From Octopus sinensis (lineage: Eukaryota): a DNA stretch of 64,000 nt. Of this stretch, positions 50,524 through 64,000 are shown piece after piece. The DNA is taken from positions 171,926,001-171,990,000 of the forward strand of contig NC_042999.1 of assembly GCF_006345805.1 (NCBI RefSeq). Reading direction: 5' to 3'. Within the stretch, counting starts at the first letter, position 1, and every line of letters starts with the position of its first letter. The translations under genes were made by a program, and so were the position numbers. The notes beneath the pieces were generated by a model. That model saw only the letters and a list, made by a program, of their open reading frames with translations, was not told the DNA's origin and ran no database searches.

Positions 50524-50943
50524 AAAGCGGCAAACTGGTAGAAACGTTAGCACACCGGGCGAGATGCTTAGCGGTATTTCGTCTGCCGTTAAGTTCTGAG
50601 TTCAAATTCCGCCTAGGTCGACTTTGCTTTTCATCCTTTCGGGGTCGATTAAATAATTACCGGTTATGCACTGGGGTCAATATAATCGACTTAATCCGTT
50701 TGTTTGGTCTTGTTTGTCCTCTCTGTGTTTAGCCCCTTATGGGTAGTAAAGAAATCGGTATTTCGTCTACTGTTACGTTCTGAGTTCAAATTCCGTGGAG
50801 GTCGACTTTACCTTTCATCCTTTCGGGGTCGATAAATAAAGTACCAATTACGCACTGGTGTCGATGTAATCGACTTAATCCGTTTGTCTGTCCTTGTTTG
50901 TCCCCTCTATGTTTAGCCCCTTGTGGTCAATAAAGAAATAGAA
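50524..50943 (+). mobile_element. SINE family B, dimeric form
   Basis: Head + body + tail1 + body + tail1 (..aaagaaatagaaa). Confidence 0.9.
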
Positions 50944-52579
50944 ATTAAACGTATCTAGCTAGCTACTTAGATAGATAGATAGATAGACACTGAACGTGTC
51001 GGAGATATAAGAAACAGATAGACATGCAAGCATGACAGACGTGTCTGCATGTGTGTGTATGTGTAAGTGTGCGTGCGTGTGTGTGTGAGTGCGTGCGCGT
51101 GTGTGTATGTTTGGGTGTGTGCGTGTATGTGTGTTTGTGTACGTGTGTGAGTGTTTCGTTGAATGTTTAAAGCAACACATGTCCCAACGATTTACAGCCG
51201 TGAAAACTGCCGCTGTCGCTATGCATAAGTCTCTCTATCTCTGACTCTATATATCCATTCTCTGTATCTTTATCTCGGTCTCTGTCTGTCGCTGACTCTC
51301 TCTCTCTCTCTCTCTCTCTCGTTCGCTCGCTATGTATCTATCTAGTTGGATAACTTGTTCTCCCACGCTATGTAACTCTCAATATAAACGATTTTCCAAT
51401 ATATATATATGTAGTTAGAAACGGGAACGCACACGCTCGTTTGTGCGCGTGAGCGTTCGTTTCTGTGTCTCCGGGCGCGCTTGCTTTTGTGTCTGTGTGC
51501 ATGTGCGTGGAATATACAAGCATTGGGGGAACGTTTCCTACAATAAAGCCATAATGTGACGTTTGAGCTGCGAATGACATTTCATAAAGACACCATGAAA
51601 CTGAACGAGATACACACGCACAAACACACACACACACACAACACCACACACACACACACACACACAATCACACACACACATACACATAAACATACACACA
51701 AACACGCCGCCTCCCACACACGTGTATGTATTATGTAGAAATGCTTCAATATGAAAAAAATACATACGTGCACACAGTTAAACACATATCTATTTATATG
51801 TATGTGTGAGTGTATATATACTTATAGATAGATAGATGTATATATATATGCATATTTACAAATATATATGCACATATATATATACATATATACATACATA
51901 ATTATGTGTATATGTATATATATATAAATGTGTGTGTATATATAATTTATAATTTACAATTATATCGTATAATAATTGTTCATTTTATATCTAAAAACGT
52001 ATCAGTACACAAACGCATCCGCAAGTATTCCGTTAAAGTGTGCAATTGTGTACGCGCTGTGTGCGAATCTTTACGTCTGTGAGTGCATTTATATGTGTCT
52101 GTCTCTATATGGCCAGGTATCCGTCTGTGATTATATTTACTGCTTTAAACGTCTATTGTTGCCTCAAGATGTATAAATATAGCGATTTGATCATGGAGTT
52201 GGATACCGTAAGCACGGTTCCAATATAAGTGTTTGCTGTAGGGAGATAGGACGAAATATAAACACTTGGAGGTAGAGTACACACTACCTGGATTAATAAC
52301 TGAAAAACACTGTTTTGCGTTGGTGTGTATGTGTGCATGTGTAATATAATTCCATGTTATATAATATATGTGCGTGTGTGTGTATGTATTATAAATATTG
52401 TATGTGTGTGCGCCTGCGTATTCGCTCGTGTGTGTGCACGCACGTATGCGTTTGAGTGCTCGTGCTCGCATAGGTATGCATGGCTGTGCGTCCTGGTATC
52501 GAAACTTATTAAATGTTACGAAATAGCATGTTACGAGGATTGTTGGAAACCGGTATTTCAAAGAATTTTATCGAAATCC

Positions 52580-52593
52580 ACCCATATCTATCT

Positions 52594-52676
<83 letters not shown>

Positions 52677-52693
52677 GTCTATCTATCTATCTG

Positions 52694-52731
<38 letters not shown>

Positions 52732-52890
52732 CATCTATCTAACTAATTTTCGATCTATCTACCTATCAATCAATCTATCCATCTATCAACCTATCTATCT
52801 ATTTATCTATCTATCTATCTCTCTATCTACCCATCTATCTAATTAATTATCTATATATCTATCTATGTATGTGTCTATCTATATATCTAT

Positions 52891-52972
<82 letters not shown>

Positions 52973-53110
52973 GTCTGTCTATATACCTACCTATCTATCT
53001 GTATGTCTATCTGTGTGTCTGTCTATCCTGCTAATTATTTTATTATCTATATGTTCATTTATCTATATCTCTATCTGTTTGCATGATCTGTATATCTATC
53101 TATGTATCTA
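52580..53110. repeat. Long degenerate (TATC)n array
   Basis: Directly visible. Confidence 0.95.
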
Positions 53111-53620
53111 TCTATATTTAGGAATATATATATGAGTGTGTGTAAATATATATATATACATGTATATATGCACACTCATACATATATACATACCTATATA
53201 CATATCTATACGTATACATACATACGAACGCACATATATTCTAGTGTATGCAGTTATTCTTTACCCCCAAGTAAGACTTAAGCAAGCGATGGAGCAAATG
53301 CATGATTAAAGATACCCAACGATGACCAAAACATGTTTGTATAAGACGTTTCATATACTTTCATATCTTTATTATTTTCTTCGACTTTTCTTTACTCTCC
53401 TCATTTTTCCTTTTCACGCAGGTGAATAGCATTTCAGGGTAATTCGCTTATTTTTTTTTTCTAGAAGGACGCTGACATGAAAGTGAAGATGCTACGCCGG
53501 CTCATATATACATGCACGCGCTAAGAGAACAACACACCAGTGCATATATATATGTTTGTATATAAATATATATACTCACGTGTGTATATAAATATAAATG
53601 TATATATATATATATATATA

Positions 53621-53687
<67 letters not shown>

Positions 53688-53869
53688 TATATATATACCT
53701 ATATCTATATATAAACACACATGCATGCACTAAGGATTATACTTATAGTAAAATATTGTTGGAATTTACAAAAACGAAGTGTACGTGTTTAATGCATTTA
53801 ATATATATTTACATATATATTATATATATATATAATATATTATATATTTTACACACACCACACACACAC

Positions 53870-53910
<41 letters not shown>

Positions 53911-53944
53911 TTTCCAAAAAGATTACTCACGAAAGAAAGTGTGT

Positions 53945-53975
<31 letters not shown>

Positions 53976-54521
53976 AAATTTGGTGAGCGAGTGAGAGAGA
54001 GAAGAACATTCGTACGCAGTGGGAAATATCCAAAGATTGAGAGATCAACGGAGTGAGAGATAGATGAAGGAAGATAGTGATTTTGGAAAAGCATGAGTGT
54101 TTGTTCGATTACAGTGGAATGTATACAAAACACGACGGACCGGTAAACTGTACAGATGCTGAAGACAAAGTCAAACTTATTGCGATCTCCATATCAGCTT
54201 TTCACGAACTATAATATTTCTTACGACGTTTGACATTACCGTTTCTATTACTCTGATCTTACATTCCTTCCAGAAACAGAACAGAAAATGATATCGTTTC
54301 TCGTATTATGTTCTATGTGTGCATATATGATTACATCCATATATGTAAGTATGGTTTTATGTATGCGTATCAGTATGATCGTATGTAAATTTTTTCATAT
54401 ATTACATACAAATATACATACATATATATATATATATGTATATATATACATACACACACATATATATATATAGACATATATATATATAATATATATAATA
54501 TATATATAATATATAATATAT

Positions 54522-54566
<45 letters not shown>

Positions 54567-54950
54567 TTCTGTATATGTGTGTGCTATATATGTCTATTCA
54601 TAAACAATATATTTGTAATATTTTTTCCTCTCACCATGTATATATTTATATAGCGAGAGAGAAATATGGAGACAGGTACACACACACCACACACACACAC
54701 ACACCACACACACATCCGCATCTGTAAATGTATGCATATATACATGCACACATACATATATATATATATATACACATACATATGTATATATATAGTATAT
54801 ACATATACATATATGTATGTATATATAAACAGATAGATATAAACATATATACATATTTATATATACATATACAAATAAATATATTCATATATAAATATAT
54901 ATGTGTCTTTGTGTCTGTTTGCTGTGTTATATGTGTTTGTGTGTGTGTGT

Positions 54951-54995
<45 letters not shown>

Positions 54996-55512
54996 TGCTA
55001 AATCGTATGTATATACAACTTTCTTCTTTCATCCATCTATCCATTCACTCTCTGTCCCCCTGTTTAAATGTGTATCACTACTTTATTTATAAATCTATCT
55101 ATCTGCTTTACAGAATATATCTGTCTACTGTTGAATATATCTTGATAACTAACGATCTATTTTACAACCTGCCATTCTATATATCTATCAATATTGCCAG
55201 ATAGGTAAATAGTGAATCACCTAGCTTACAATCTGACAGTGTATTAGATTTTCTATTACAAATTTTGCATGTGTCTCCACTCATTTCAGTATATACACAT
55301 CGTTATATACCTGTTTATCTATCACGATAACGTTTCATTGCTTGTTTGTATTTTTTTTTTACTTTTTCACTTGTGTGATTGTGTGTGTGTAAGAGTGTGC
55401 ATATAAATACATATGAAGTATATATGTTCATTTTTTATAAGTCAATAATATTAATAGTACCAGTAACAATAGCACTAATAATTATATATGGTATATTTGT
55501 AACCGTATCATA

Positions 55513-55571
<59 letters not shown>

Positions 55572-55702
55572 GATAGATAGATAGATATATACGCACACTC
55601 AGAGGCAAACACGTACAGATGCACATACGCAAACACGCACTCAAACACGAACACACGCTCACATGCATATGTGCATGTATGTATATGTATACATACATAC
55701 AC

Positions 55703-55755
<53 letters not shown>

Positions 55756-56139
55756 ATATAATATATATATATATGCATATATATAAGATACATATATATA
55801 ATTGCGCATATCTATCTAACTGTTTATCTATCTATCTATCTTTTTGTATACATACTTACATATATAAATATGTGTATGTGTGAGTGTGTGTATATATATA
55901 TACACGCACAGAGACACATATATAATTGCACACGCGCACACACATACACACCTATTGTAGAAGAGGCAACCAATCATAAACGTCAAATGCGATATTTTTT
56001 TTTTCCGAATGGGATTGTGGTGTTTATTGTTCAGTCCAAAATCAAATTGAATATCGCATGTTTCTACAATTTTTGTCATCCGTAACCATAATACGTGATC
56101 GAACAACTAGACAGGGACGAGCACAAACGCACGCAATCA

Positions 56140-56170
<31 letters not shown>

Positions 56171-56353
56171 CACTTACACACACACACACAAACTTACACA
56201 CACACACACACACACGAACTCACACACACACATATATATATATATATTATATAGATATGTGTATATATGTACATATATACAGAGATACATATATACATAC
56301 ATATATACACTGAAACACAAGCACGCATATATATATATATATACATAGATAAA

Positions 56354-56513
56354 GCAAAAGCGCATTCCTGTACGGTAACAAGCTTGCTTCCCAGCCACAT
56401 ACCTCCGGCTTTAGTTCCAGTGCCGGGCACGTTTGGGAAGAGTATTATTCCACGGGCCCCTAAGAGCCTGTCGAGTGGTTTTGGTTGACGGAAACTGAAA
56501 GAATTCAGTCGTC

Positions 56514-56565
<52 letters not shown>

Positions 56566-56980
56566 ATATATATATATTGTGTGTGTGTGTGTGTGTGTAT
56601 GTGTGTGTGTGCGTGTGTGTGTGTGTTGTGTGTGTATTTGTGTGTGTTGTGTGTGTGTTGTGGGGTGTGTGTGTGTGTTTGTTTATATGTATGTATTTAG
56701 ATGTGCATATACTTATATATACGTATATATATATATATATACACACACACTTACGTATTTAATTTTTAAAATTTAAATTTGTTTTTGGGTCGCGTTTGTC
56801 CCCATCACTAACCGCTTGACAACCGGTGTTGGTGTGCTTACGTCACCGTATCTCACGGTTCGGCAACAACAGCGGTAGAACAACGACCAGGCTTACAGAT
56901 ATAAGTATTTCTCGTCCGACAAAAAAACCCTCACAGCGGTGCACCAGCAGGGCCACTGTCGAATGACTGAAACACGTAAC
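56354..56980 (+). mobile_element. SINE family A composite, diverged, with expanded internal TA/TG tract
   Basis: Head 56354-56516, ~280 bp microsatellite, module 56793-56980. Confidence 0.75.
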
Positions 56981-57025
56981 AGATATAGCATAAAGAAAAT
57001 ATGAAAATATATGTATCACACTCTG

Positions 57026-57083
<58 letters not shown>

Positions 57084-57289
57084 TGTTTGCGTGTGTGTGT
57101 GTGTGTGACTGTCTGTCTGTGTGTGTGTGTGTGAATATATATGTGCGTGTGTGTGTAAACCTACACATATCTACATATTTATATATTGTGTATGTATATG
57201 CATATACGTATATGTATTTATATAGTTAGCAACATCACATTATGGTATATATTCGAACAAATCCACCCCGTTACCGTATTTTCTATATT

Positions 57290-57657
57290 TGGCACGTACT
57301 CTATCGGTTCTGTTTTACTGAACCGCTATGTTATGGAGTCGTGCACATGCCAAAGCCATTCTTTAAGCGTTGGTGGGTGACAAACACGTAAAAGAAAAAA
57401 AAACACATGCACGGACACACTCACAGCACACACGCACGGACACATATACATGGGAGATGTATATATGTAGGTATGAAGATATATACATATACATACACGA
57501 CAGGACACATTCAGTTTCCGTGTAATTAATCCACTCACAAATCTTTTGTTTTCCAGACACTAGATCAGAGTTCACTTCCCCAGAGTGACACGCAGTGGGA
57601 CTGAACACGAAACTATTTTCTTGGGAAGCAATCACCGTACCACACATCCACACCCGT
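57290..57657 (-). mobile_element. SINE family A composite, diverged
   Basis: Head 57495-57657 (cacgcagtgggactgaac), module remnant 57290-57390. Confidence 0.65.
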
Positions 57658-57772
57658 TCCTACAACTCTTACTAAAAGTTTTCCCTACGAGGATTTGTCG
57701 TCGTTTTCAGTTCCTCGCCATCCATTCATTCATGTTTACATACAAATACAAACACACACTGATGTAAATGTT

Positions 57773-57934
57773 TAGGCGTAAGATTGGCTATGTGGCAAGA
57801 AGCCTGCTTATCAACCACATGGTTCTGAGTTCAATCCCGCTGAGTGGTACTTTGAGGAAGAGTCTTCCAAAGCCTCGGGTTGACCAAAGCGTTGTGAGGG
57901 GATATGTGAGACGGAAACTGAAAGAATACCGTCG

Positions 57935-57966
<32 letters not shown>

Positions 57967-58024
57967 CACACATATATATATATTATATATATATATATAT
58001 TATATATAATATTATATATATATA

Positions 58025-58065
<41 letters not shown>

Positions 58066-58340
58066 CATATTATATATATATACATACATACATATATATA
58101 TATATATGTATATATATATTTATATATATTCATATATATCTTTGTGTGATTGTATTTGTCCTCCCAGCATCACTTGACAACCGATGTTGGTGTGAAACCG
58201 ATTCAATTTTCGGTTTGGCAAAAGAAACCGATCGACATGTACAAGGCTTACAAAACAGTAAGTCCTGGGGTCGATTTGTCCGACTAAATGCAGTGCTCCA
58301 TTCATGGCCGCAGTAAAATGACTGAAATCAATAAAAGAAT
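57773..58340 (+). mobile_element. SINE family A composite
   Basis: Head 57773-57937, ~200 bp (TA)n, module 58140-58340. Confidence 0.85.
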
Positions 58341-58465
58341 ACACACACACACACACATATATATATATTACTTTTTATCTTAAATTTTTTTATTGTTTCA
58401 GCTTTAAAGCGTCGGTCATGCTGAGACACCACAGTTTTATACATGTGTGTGTGTGTGTGTGTGTG

Positions 58466-58650
58466 CTCTCTTACTTGTTTCAGTCATTTGACTGCAGCCG
58501 TGCTGGGGCGCAAGCTTAAAGGGATTTTAGTCGACGAAGTCGCCCCCAGGACTTATTCTTTTTAATCCTAGAACTTATTCTATCGAACCTTTTTGCCGAA
58601 CCGCAGGGTTATGTGGATGTAAACATACTAATAGCAGTTGCCAAGTGATG
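58466..58650 (-). mobile_element. SINE family A 3' module
   Basis: ttacttgtttcagtcatttgactgc...ttttgccgaaccgc. Confidence 0.8.
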
Positions 58651-59148
58651 GTGGTGGTGGTGGTGGTGGTGGTGGTGGTGGTGGTGGTGGTAGCGTTGGT
58701 GATGGTGGGGAAAAACTCAGACACAAAGACACATGCACATAGATATATACAATATCTGTACATCTACTATATCTCTCTTCTATCTTGTCTCTTTCCAAAG
58801 AAAATATTTCTCCAGCGTTCGATATTTTACCTGCTTTCTGCTCTAAAGACCGTCCAAACTGGTTTTCCTTCGGTTTCCTTGTATGTCGCCACTGTCCTCT
58901 TTCTGTTCCCAACTCGCACCCTCCATAAATCCTGAATTTTATTTTGGTGTTTATGGGAGCAACTGTTTTCGAAGACTCATATTGAGGCTGAATGCTCGAA
59001 ATGAGGAGTAGTTAGACAGCCGAAAACTGATGAAGGGTCGTTCTTTGCGTTACTTTTCCTGTTTTCCATTTGCTTCTCTTGTTGTTTGCGTATTGAACTC
59101 ATTAGTTTTCTTATTTCATGTTGTTTACTGTTGGTGACGTCCTGTATT

Positions 59149-59179
<31 letters not shown>

Positions 59180-59198
59180 TATATACATACACACACAT

Positions 59199-59233
<35 letters not shown>

Positions 59234-59260
59234 TATGTATATATGCATATGTATGTATGT

Positions 59261-59422
59261 ATACGTCGTACTTCATTCAATTTCCGTCTACCAAATCCAC
59301 TTACGAAGTTTACAGCGGCCCGAGACAATAGTAGAAGACATTTGTCCAAGGTGCCACACAGTGGGACTAAACCTGGAACCATGTGGCTGAGAAGCAAGCT
59401 TCTTGTCACACAACCTCGCTCT
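59261..59422 (-). mobile_element. SINE family A head
   Basis: tttccgtctaccaaatccac...ccaaggtgccacacagtgggact...ggaaccatgtgg. Confidence 0.85.
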
Positions 59423-59544
59423 TTATATGGCAACATAACACACACACACAAATATATATATGTAACATTATGTGTGTTTATATATCTATATCCATCTATC
59501 TATCAATCTTTCCGTCTCCATCCCTCTCTCTCCCTCACCCTCCC

Positions 59545-59624
<80 letters not shown>

Positions 59625-60292
59625 CATATGCATTGGTATAATGAAGAGGAAGTCATGATGGTAAATATCAAGACTGTACTGGTTCACTGTTGCTTCTTGC
59701 TATTTACGCAGTCAATCTGAACATTTCATTCCATATTTCTAAACCAAGGGATTCCGTTTAAAATCCTACCAGATCTCCTGTGTTTAAAATGCTAGGGATG
59801 AACACGTTATCCAAGTGACAGTTTAACAGCGTATGTATATCATATATTTGCAGTTATATCCAGCAAATTCTTATTTCGTGTTTATGTCTGGGTACATACA
59901 GATATTTTATTGTATGTTGCTGTACGTTTTAGCCCAATGCATAATAACCGGAGCTGCTTTATTCAACAATTGCGTGGGTTGAACCACAATAAAAAAAATG
60001 AAAAAATTTGCATGTGAAATAAAATCTGCTGAATAAGGCTTGCGCTTAAGTGATAGATTTAATGCCTTGGCTGGTTTAACGCCACCATACAGACTTAGCT
60101 TATTCAAGCGAAATTCTTTTATAAGCAGCGACAGGAATTGAGTGCTGGATCCTATTCTCCAACCGTTTCCAAAATGACGTACTCAAAACGAAACCTTCAC
60201 AAAATCTGTACGTAAACACATAAAAGCACACACACACACACTTTATATATATATATATAATATATACATATATATCAATATATATATATATG

Positions 60293-60335
<43 letters not shown>

Positions 60336-60387
60336 CTATATATATATATATATATATTATCATATATATATATTTATGTATAATATA

Positions 60388-60467
<80 letters not shown>

Positions 60468-61064
60468 TTGTGTGTGTTGAGTGTGTGTGTGTGTGTGCGT
60501 GTGTGTGTGTGTGTTTCGTTGTGAATGTGGCTGTATATATGATGGTGCATTGCCTAGTGACTGGAGTGATGCACTCACGATCGCTAAGTCGTAGTTCCAA
60601 TTCCTGGACCGCGTTTTGTTCTTGAGAAAAATATTTCATCACGGGTTGTCCTGCGATCACCTCGACACAATGTTCCTGTGCTGGCATCATCAATTTGATG
60701 AAAGGGGTATTCCATCAATATATACAGAAGCACACTATGAAATATGTCACGACACTAAGTAACAACTCTTAAAATTAAATCTGAGATCATTTCCACTGAT
60801 CAATTTTGATTGCTGACGTAAAGTGGGAAAATATACGAACTCAAGATATGTTATTACAGTTTCTACATACGTTCAACACTAACAACTACTTCGAGTATAT
60901 CTCTTTCATTGTGACGGCAAGTTATAGTAGAGCTATTGGTCTTTGAAATGAAACATTTCAGAGAATGGTTACATAAACCGAGATAAGCTCTGTGGGAAAT
61001 ACAGTGTCAATTAGGTGAATTACAGATTTCGATAAAGTTTTCTAGTAAAGCATTTGAGATTACC

Positions 61065-61168
<104 letters not shown>

Positions 61169-61309
61169 TTCTGTCCATCTTTCTATCTCACTGCGTGAGT
61201 GTGAGCGTGTATGTGTGTATACACACACATATATCCATGTATACATACACACACACGCATATATATATATGTATATATATATATGTGTGTGCGTGTGTGC
61301 ACATATGTA

Positions 61310-61490
61310 TATCCATGTATATACGGATATACATATATATATATATATATATCCATGTATATACAGATATACATATATATATATATATATCCATGTATAT
61401 ACAGATATACATATATATATATATATATATATCCATGTATATACAGATATACATATATATACAGATATACATATATATATCCATGTATAG
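61310..61490. repeat. ~30-45 bp minisatellite (ccatgtatatacagatatac(at)n)
   Basis: The ccatgtat landmark repeats five times with variable (AT)n spacing; preceded by (TATC)n at 61065-61170. Confidence 0.85.
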
Positions 61491-61884
61491 ATGTATGAAT
61501 TTAACGACCTACGTAACTTACAGTTTAGCTATTAATTCTCATTTTTGCTTCTCCCTTCTCACTCTTTCTCGCTTTCTCTTTCTCTATCTCTCTCTCTCAC
61601 TCGCTGTCTCTCTCTTGAATATCTACATACTCCTGTATGCATGCTTGTTTTTATATTATATCAAAGGTGACAATCGACTCAGCTTCAGCCTCATCCGGGT
61701 TGTTCACAAGTTTGTGTGATTACGGCTCAATAGATTCATGTATATATGTGCAAACAGGCACCCAAAAGCACGCACAGACAGATATACATATGTATAATTA
61801 AATCTATTCATCTATCTATCTGTATGCATAAAAAGATATACATATATATGTATATGCATTTTATTATATATATATTATATATAT

Positions 61885-61977
<93 letters not shown>

Positions 61978-62089
61978 GACAGATAGAGATAGTGAGAGAA
62001 AGAGATACATACATAGATACATGCATATATTCTTTAAGTATCTGTACACTTCCACGTTCATACTCGTATAAGTATTCAACAATATAGTT

Positions 62090-62359
62090 CTTGCCTACTC
62101 TCCAAAGTTTGGAGCCATATTCCTCTTAGCTATTTCCAGTAGCTCCTCTTTTCCGTCTAAGCTCTCCTTTTTGCTCACCTAAGTTCTATGTCTTTAATAC
62201 TGACGCGGAATGTATGTGAAATTAGAGAAGTGTCCAGTAATTTTGGCAGCTACACTTAGTCCTCTTTTAATCATTGTACAAAATATGCTTCTAAGTTTTT
62301 GCGACGTTATCACTTGAAGTTCTGGATAAGTTACTGCAGGCACCTTTCTATTTTTCATG
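62090..62359 (-). mobile_element. Possible LINE (RTE/L2-type) RT N-terminal fragment
   Basis: The minus strand gives MKNRKVPA..YPEL and later EQKG.LRRKRGA, weak matches to 'MKNxKAPG..ELL' and 'EQxGFRxxRG'. Confidence 0.3.
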
Positions 62360-62538
62360 TCTTTTTTTTAAAAAAAAGCTTGCTTCAAAAAATATTTGCT
62401 TCTCTTGCACAGTTCGACCTCAATTCATGTATGACTTAAGGGTGGAAACGTGTGTATTTGTATCTTTGTGTTTGCGCATGTATATACACATGCGTGTATG
62501 TGTGCGTTTTGTGTGTGTGTGTGTGTTTACACACATAT

Positions 62539-62696
62539 TTACGACAGGTTTCATTCACTTTCCTTCCACTAAGTTTTGATTTGTTAACAAGACTTTGGTT
62601 GGCCCCCGGCACTATAACAGCCGAAAGTGCAATGCAGTGGACTTAACCAGAAGCCGTGTGGTTGGGAAGCAAGGTTCTTACCACACAACTGCTCTT
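62539..62696 (-). mobile_element. SINE family A head, diverged
   Basis: acgacagg..ttc...gcagtggactta.cc...tggttgggaagcaag.ttcttaccacaca. Confidence 0.7.
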
Positions 62697-63917
62697 GACA
62701 CACACACACACACATATATATGTGTGTATATATATATGCGTATATGTGCCTGTGTCAGTGTGTGAACATGTATGCAAATTTGTGTATTATATTGATAATA
62801 TATGTTGCTAGGTACAGGATGAGTTAATTACGTGTATATTCGAATTTACATGAAAATGAAAAGGTAAAAATAGTATGATTTAATGCTCCGTAATTGTTGA
62901 CTGAGCAAGTGAAAGTAAAATATCAATTGAACCAGCTCCCGGACAGTAGAAATTACACCTATTATCATAAGCGAACGGAGGAATGCGTTTGTATATGCTG
63001 CAGTGTTTCATTATATGTATATCGTAAAGCATATATACAACTCCAGTATATCGAGACAAGCACAAGTATAGATTTCAACAATAAGAAAACAGCTGACTGC
63101 ATGTGTAATCGGACACGATACAGACACCTCTGTATCAATTACCAACAGCGCAGGTAAATTAATAATTGCTAAATTATTACAATTGCACATAACCACTACC
63201 ACTACGGACACGACAAATAACATAATCACGCTTGCTAGTTCTACCTGCTTACCCATAAGAAACACTATCGCCAACCCTTTCGGCACCAACACCAACAATA
63301 TAATATACACAACCACTATACATTCAGAGTACGTTGAAATGACTGGCTAATATCCAACCAACAAAGTATAGTTTAATATTTCCAACTACCTGCTAAAATT
63401 AGCAGTTAAATATACCTCAAACAGCTGCAAACATTTTAAAAGAATACAAACGAAATGGAGGAATATAGTTGTATATATATATTATAAAAGAAAACGAAAG
63501 TTTACTCCTGTTAGTAATCTTTTATTCACAGACTTAGTTTAACGGGACTGATTTTAGAATAAACAAAATCCCAACTACAGGAACAGACACATTCACATAT
63601 ACAAATCTAAATGAATTAAGACGTTGGCTAGCAGGCAGAATTTTGGGAGCCCCTGTCACATTCTTCTAAAAGTATTAATAAGTATGTACCCTACTAAGAA
63701 GTATTGAATAATTCATGTGTTTAACTTTATAGTGTTATTATTGAATGATAACTTGACATAAACGGAGGTGTTACTATATGTATGCATATACATACATGCA
63801 TTTATATATATATATATATATATCTTTGTGTAAATGTATATATATGTGTATATAAATATATACACACATATACATACATATATATTTTATATATATGTAT
63901 TTATCTATATATTTATT

Positions 63918-63974
<57 letters not shown>

Positions 63975-64000
63975 TTGTATCGTGGGTCAGTGTTGAAAAG

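Noticed and set aside
5150-60430. Phase breaks (tt/aa) within long (TA)n runs as a coded pattern
   Set aside because: They are irregular and typical of slippage or consensus indel errors.
62894-63160. 87-aa ORF ending near a cag|gtaaat donor-like site
   Set aside because: No recognisable homology and a weak upstream acceptor; compatible with chance.

Overview
Very AT-rich, repeat-saturated metazoan non-coding DNA (intergenic or deep intron). The repeat types resemble octopod (Octopus-like) genomic DNA; this is an inference from repeat style, not a database result. I found no convincing host exon, rRNA, tRNA gene or CRISPR array. Nearly all ORFs in the supplied track are microsatellite read-throughs ((TA)n, (TG)n, (TATC)n, (AAT)n, (CAT)n). 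Recognisable coding remnants are all decayed transposons: a Tx1/L1-like LINE 3' end, several R4/Dong-like RLE LINE pieces beside (TAA)n, mariner, maT/DD37D-like and Tigger/pogo transposases, and two Helitron Rep/Hel fragments. Three tRNA-type SINE families and several palindromic MITE/fold-back elements are present. The most interesting signal is two families of ~190-210 bp (TA)n-abutting repeats (5 copies). They carry minimal type-I hammerhead ribozyme folds of the Penelope-associated kind, with stem-I covariation and, in one family, a non-canonical CUGUGGA core. Also notable are a 1.5-kb modular fold-back built from 557-bp units, a 1.07-kb tandem duplication with (TA)n breakpoints, a 34-bp locally templated inverted insert inside a MITE, and a co-oriented head-to-tail SINE pile-up. 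Coordinates were read by eye and edges are approximate.
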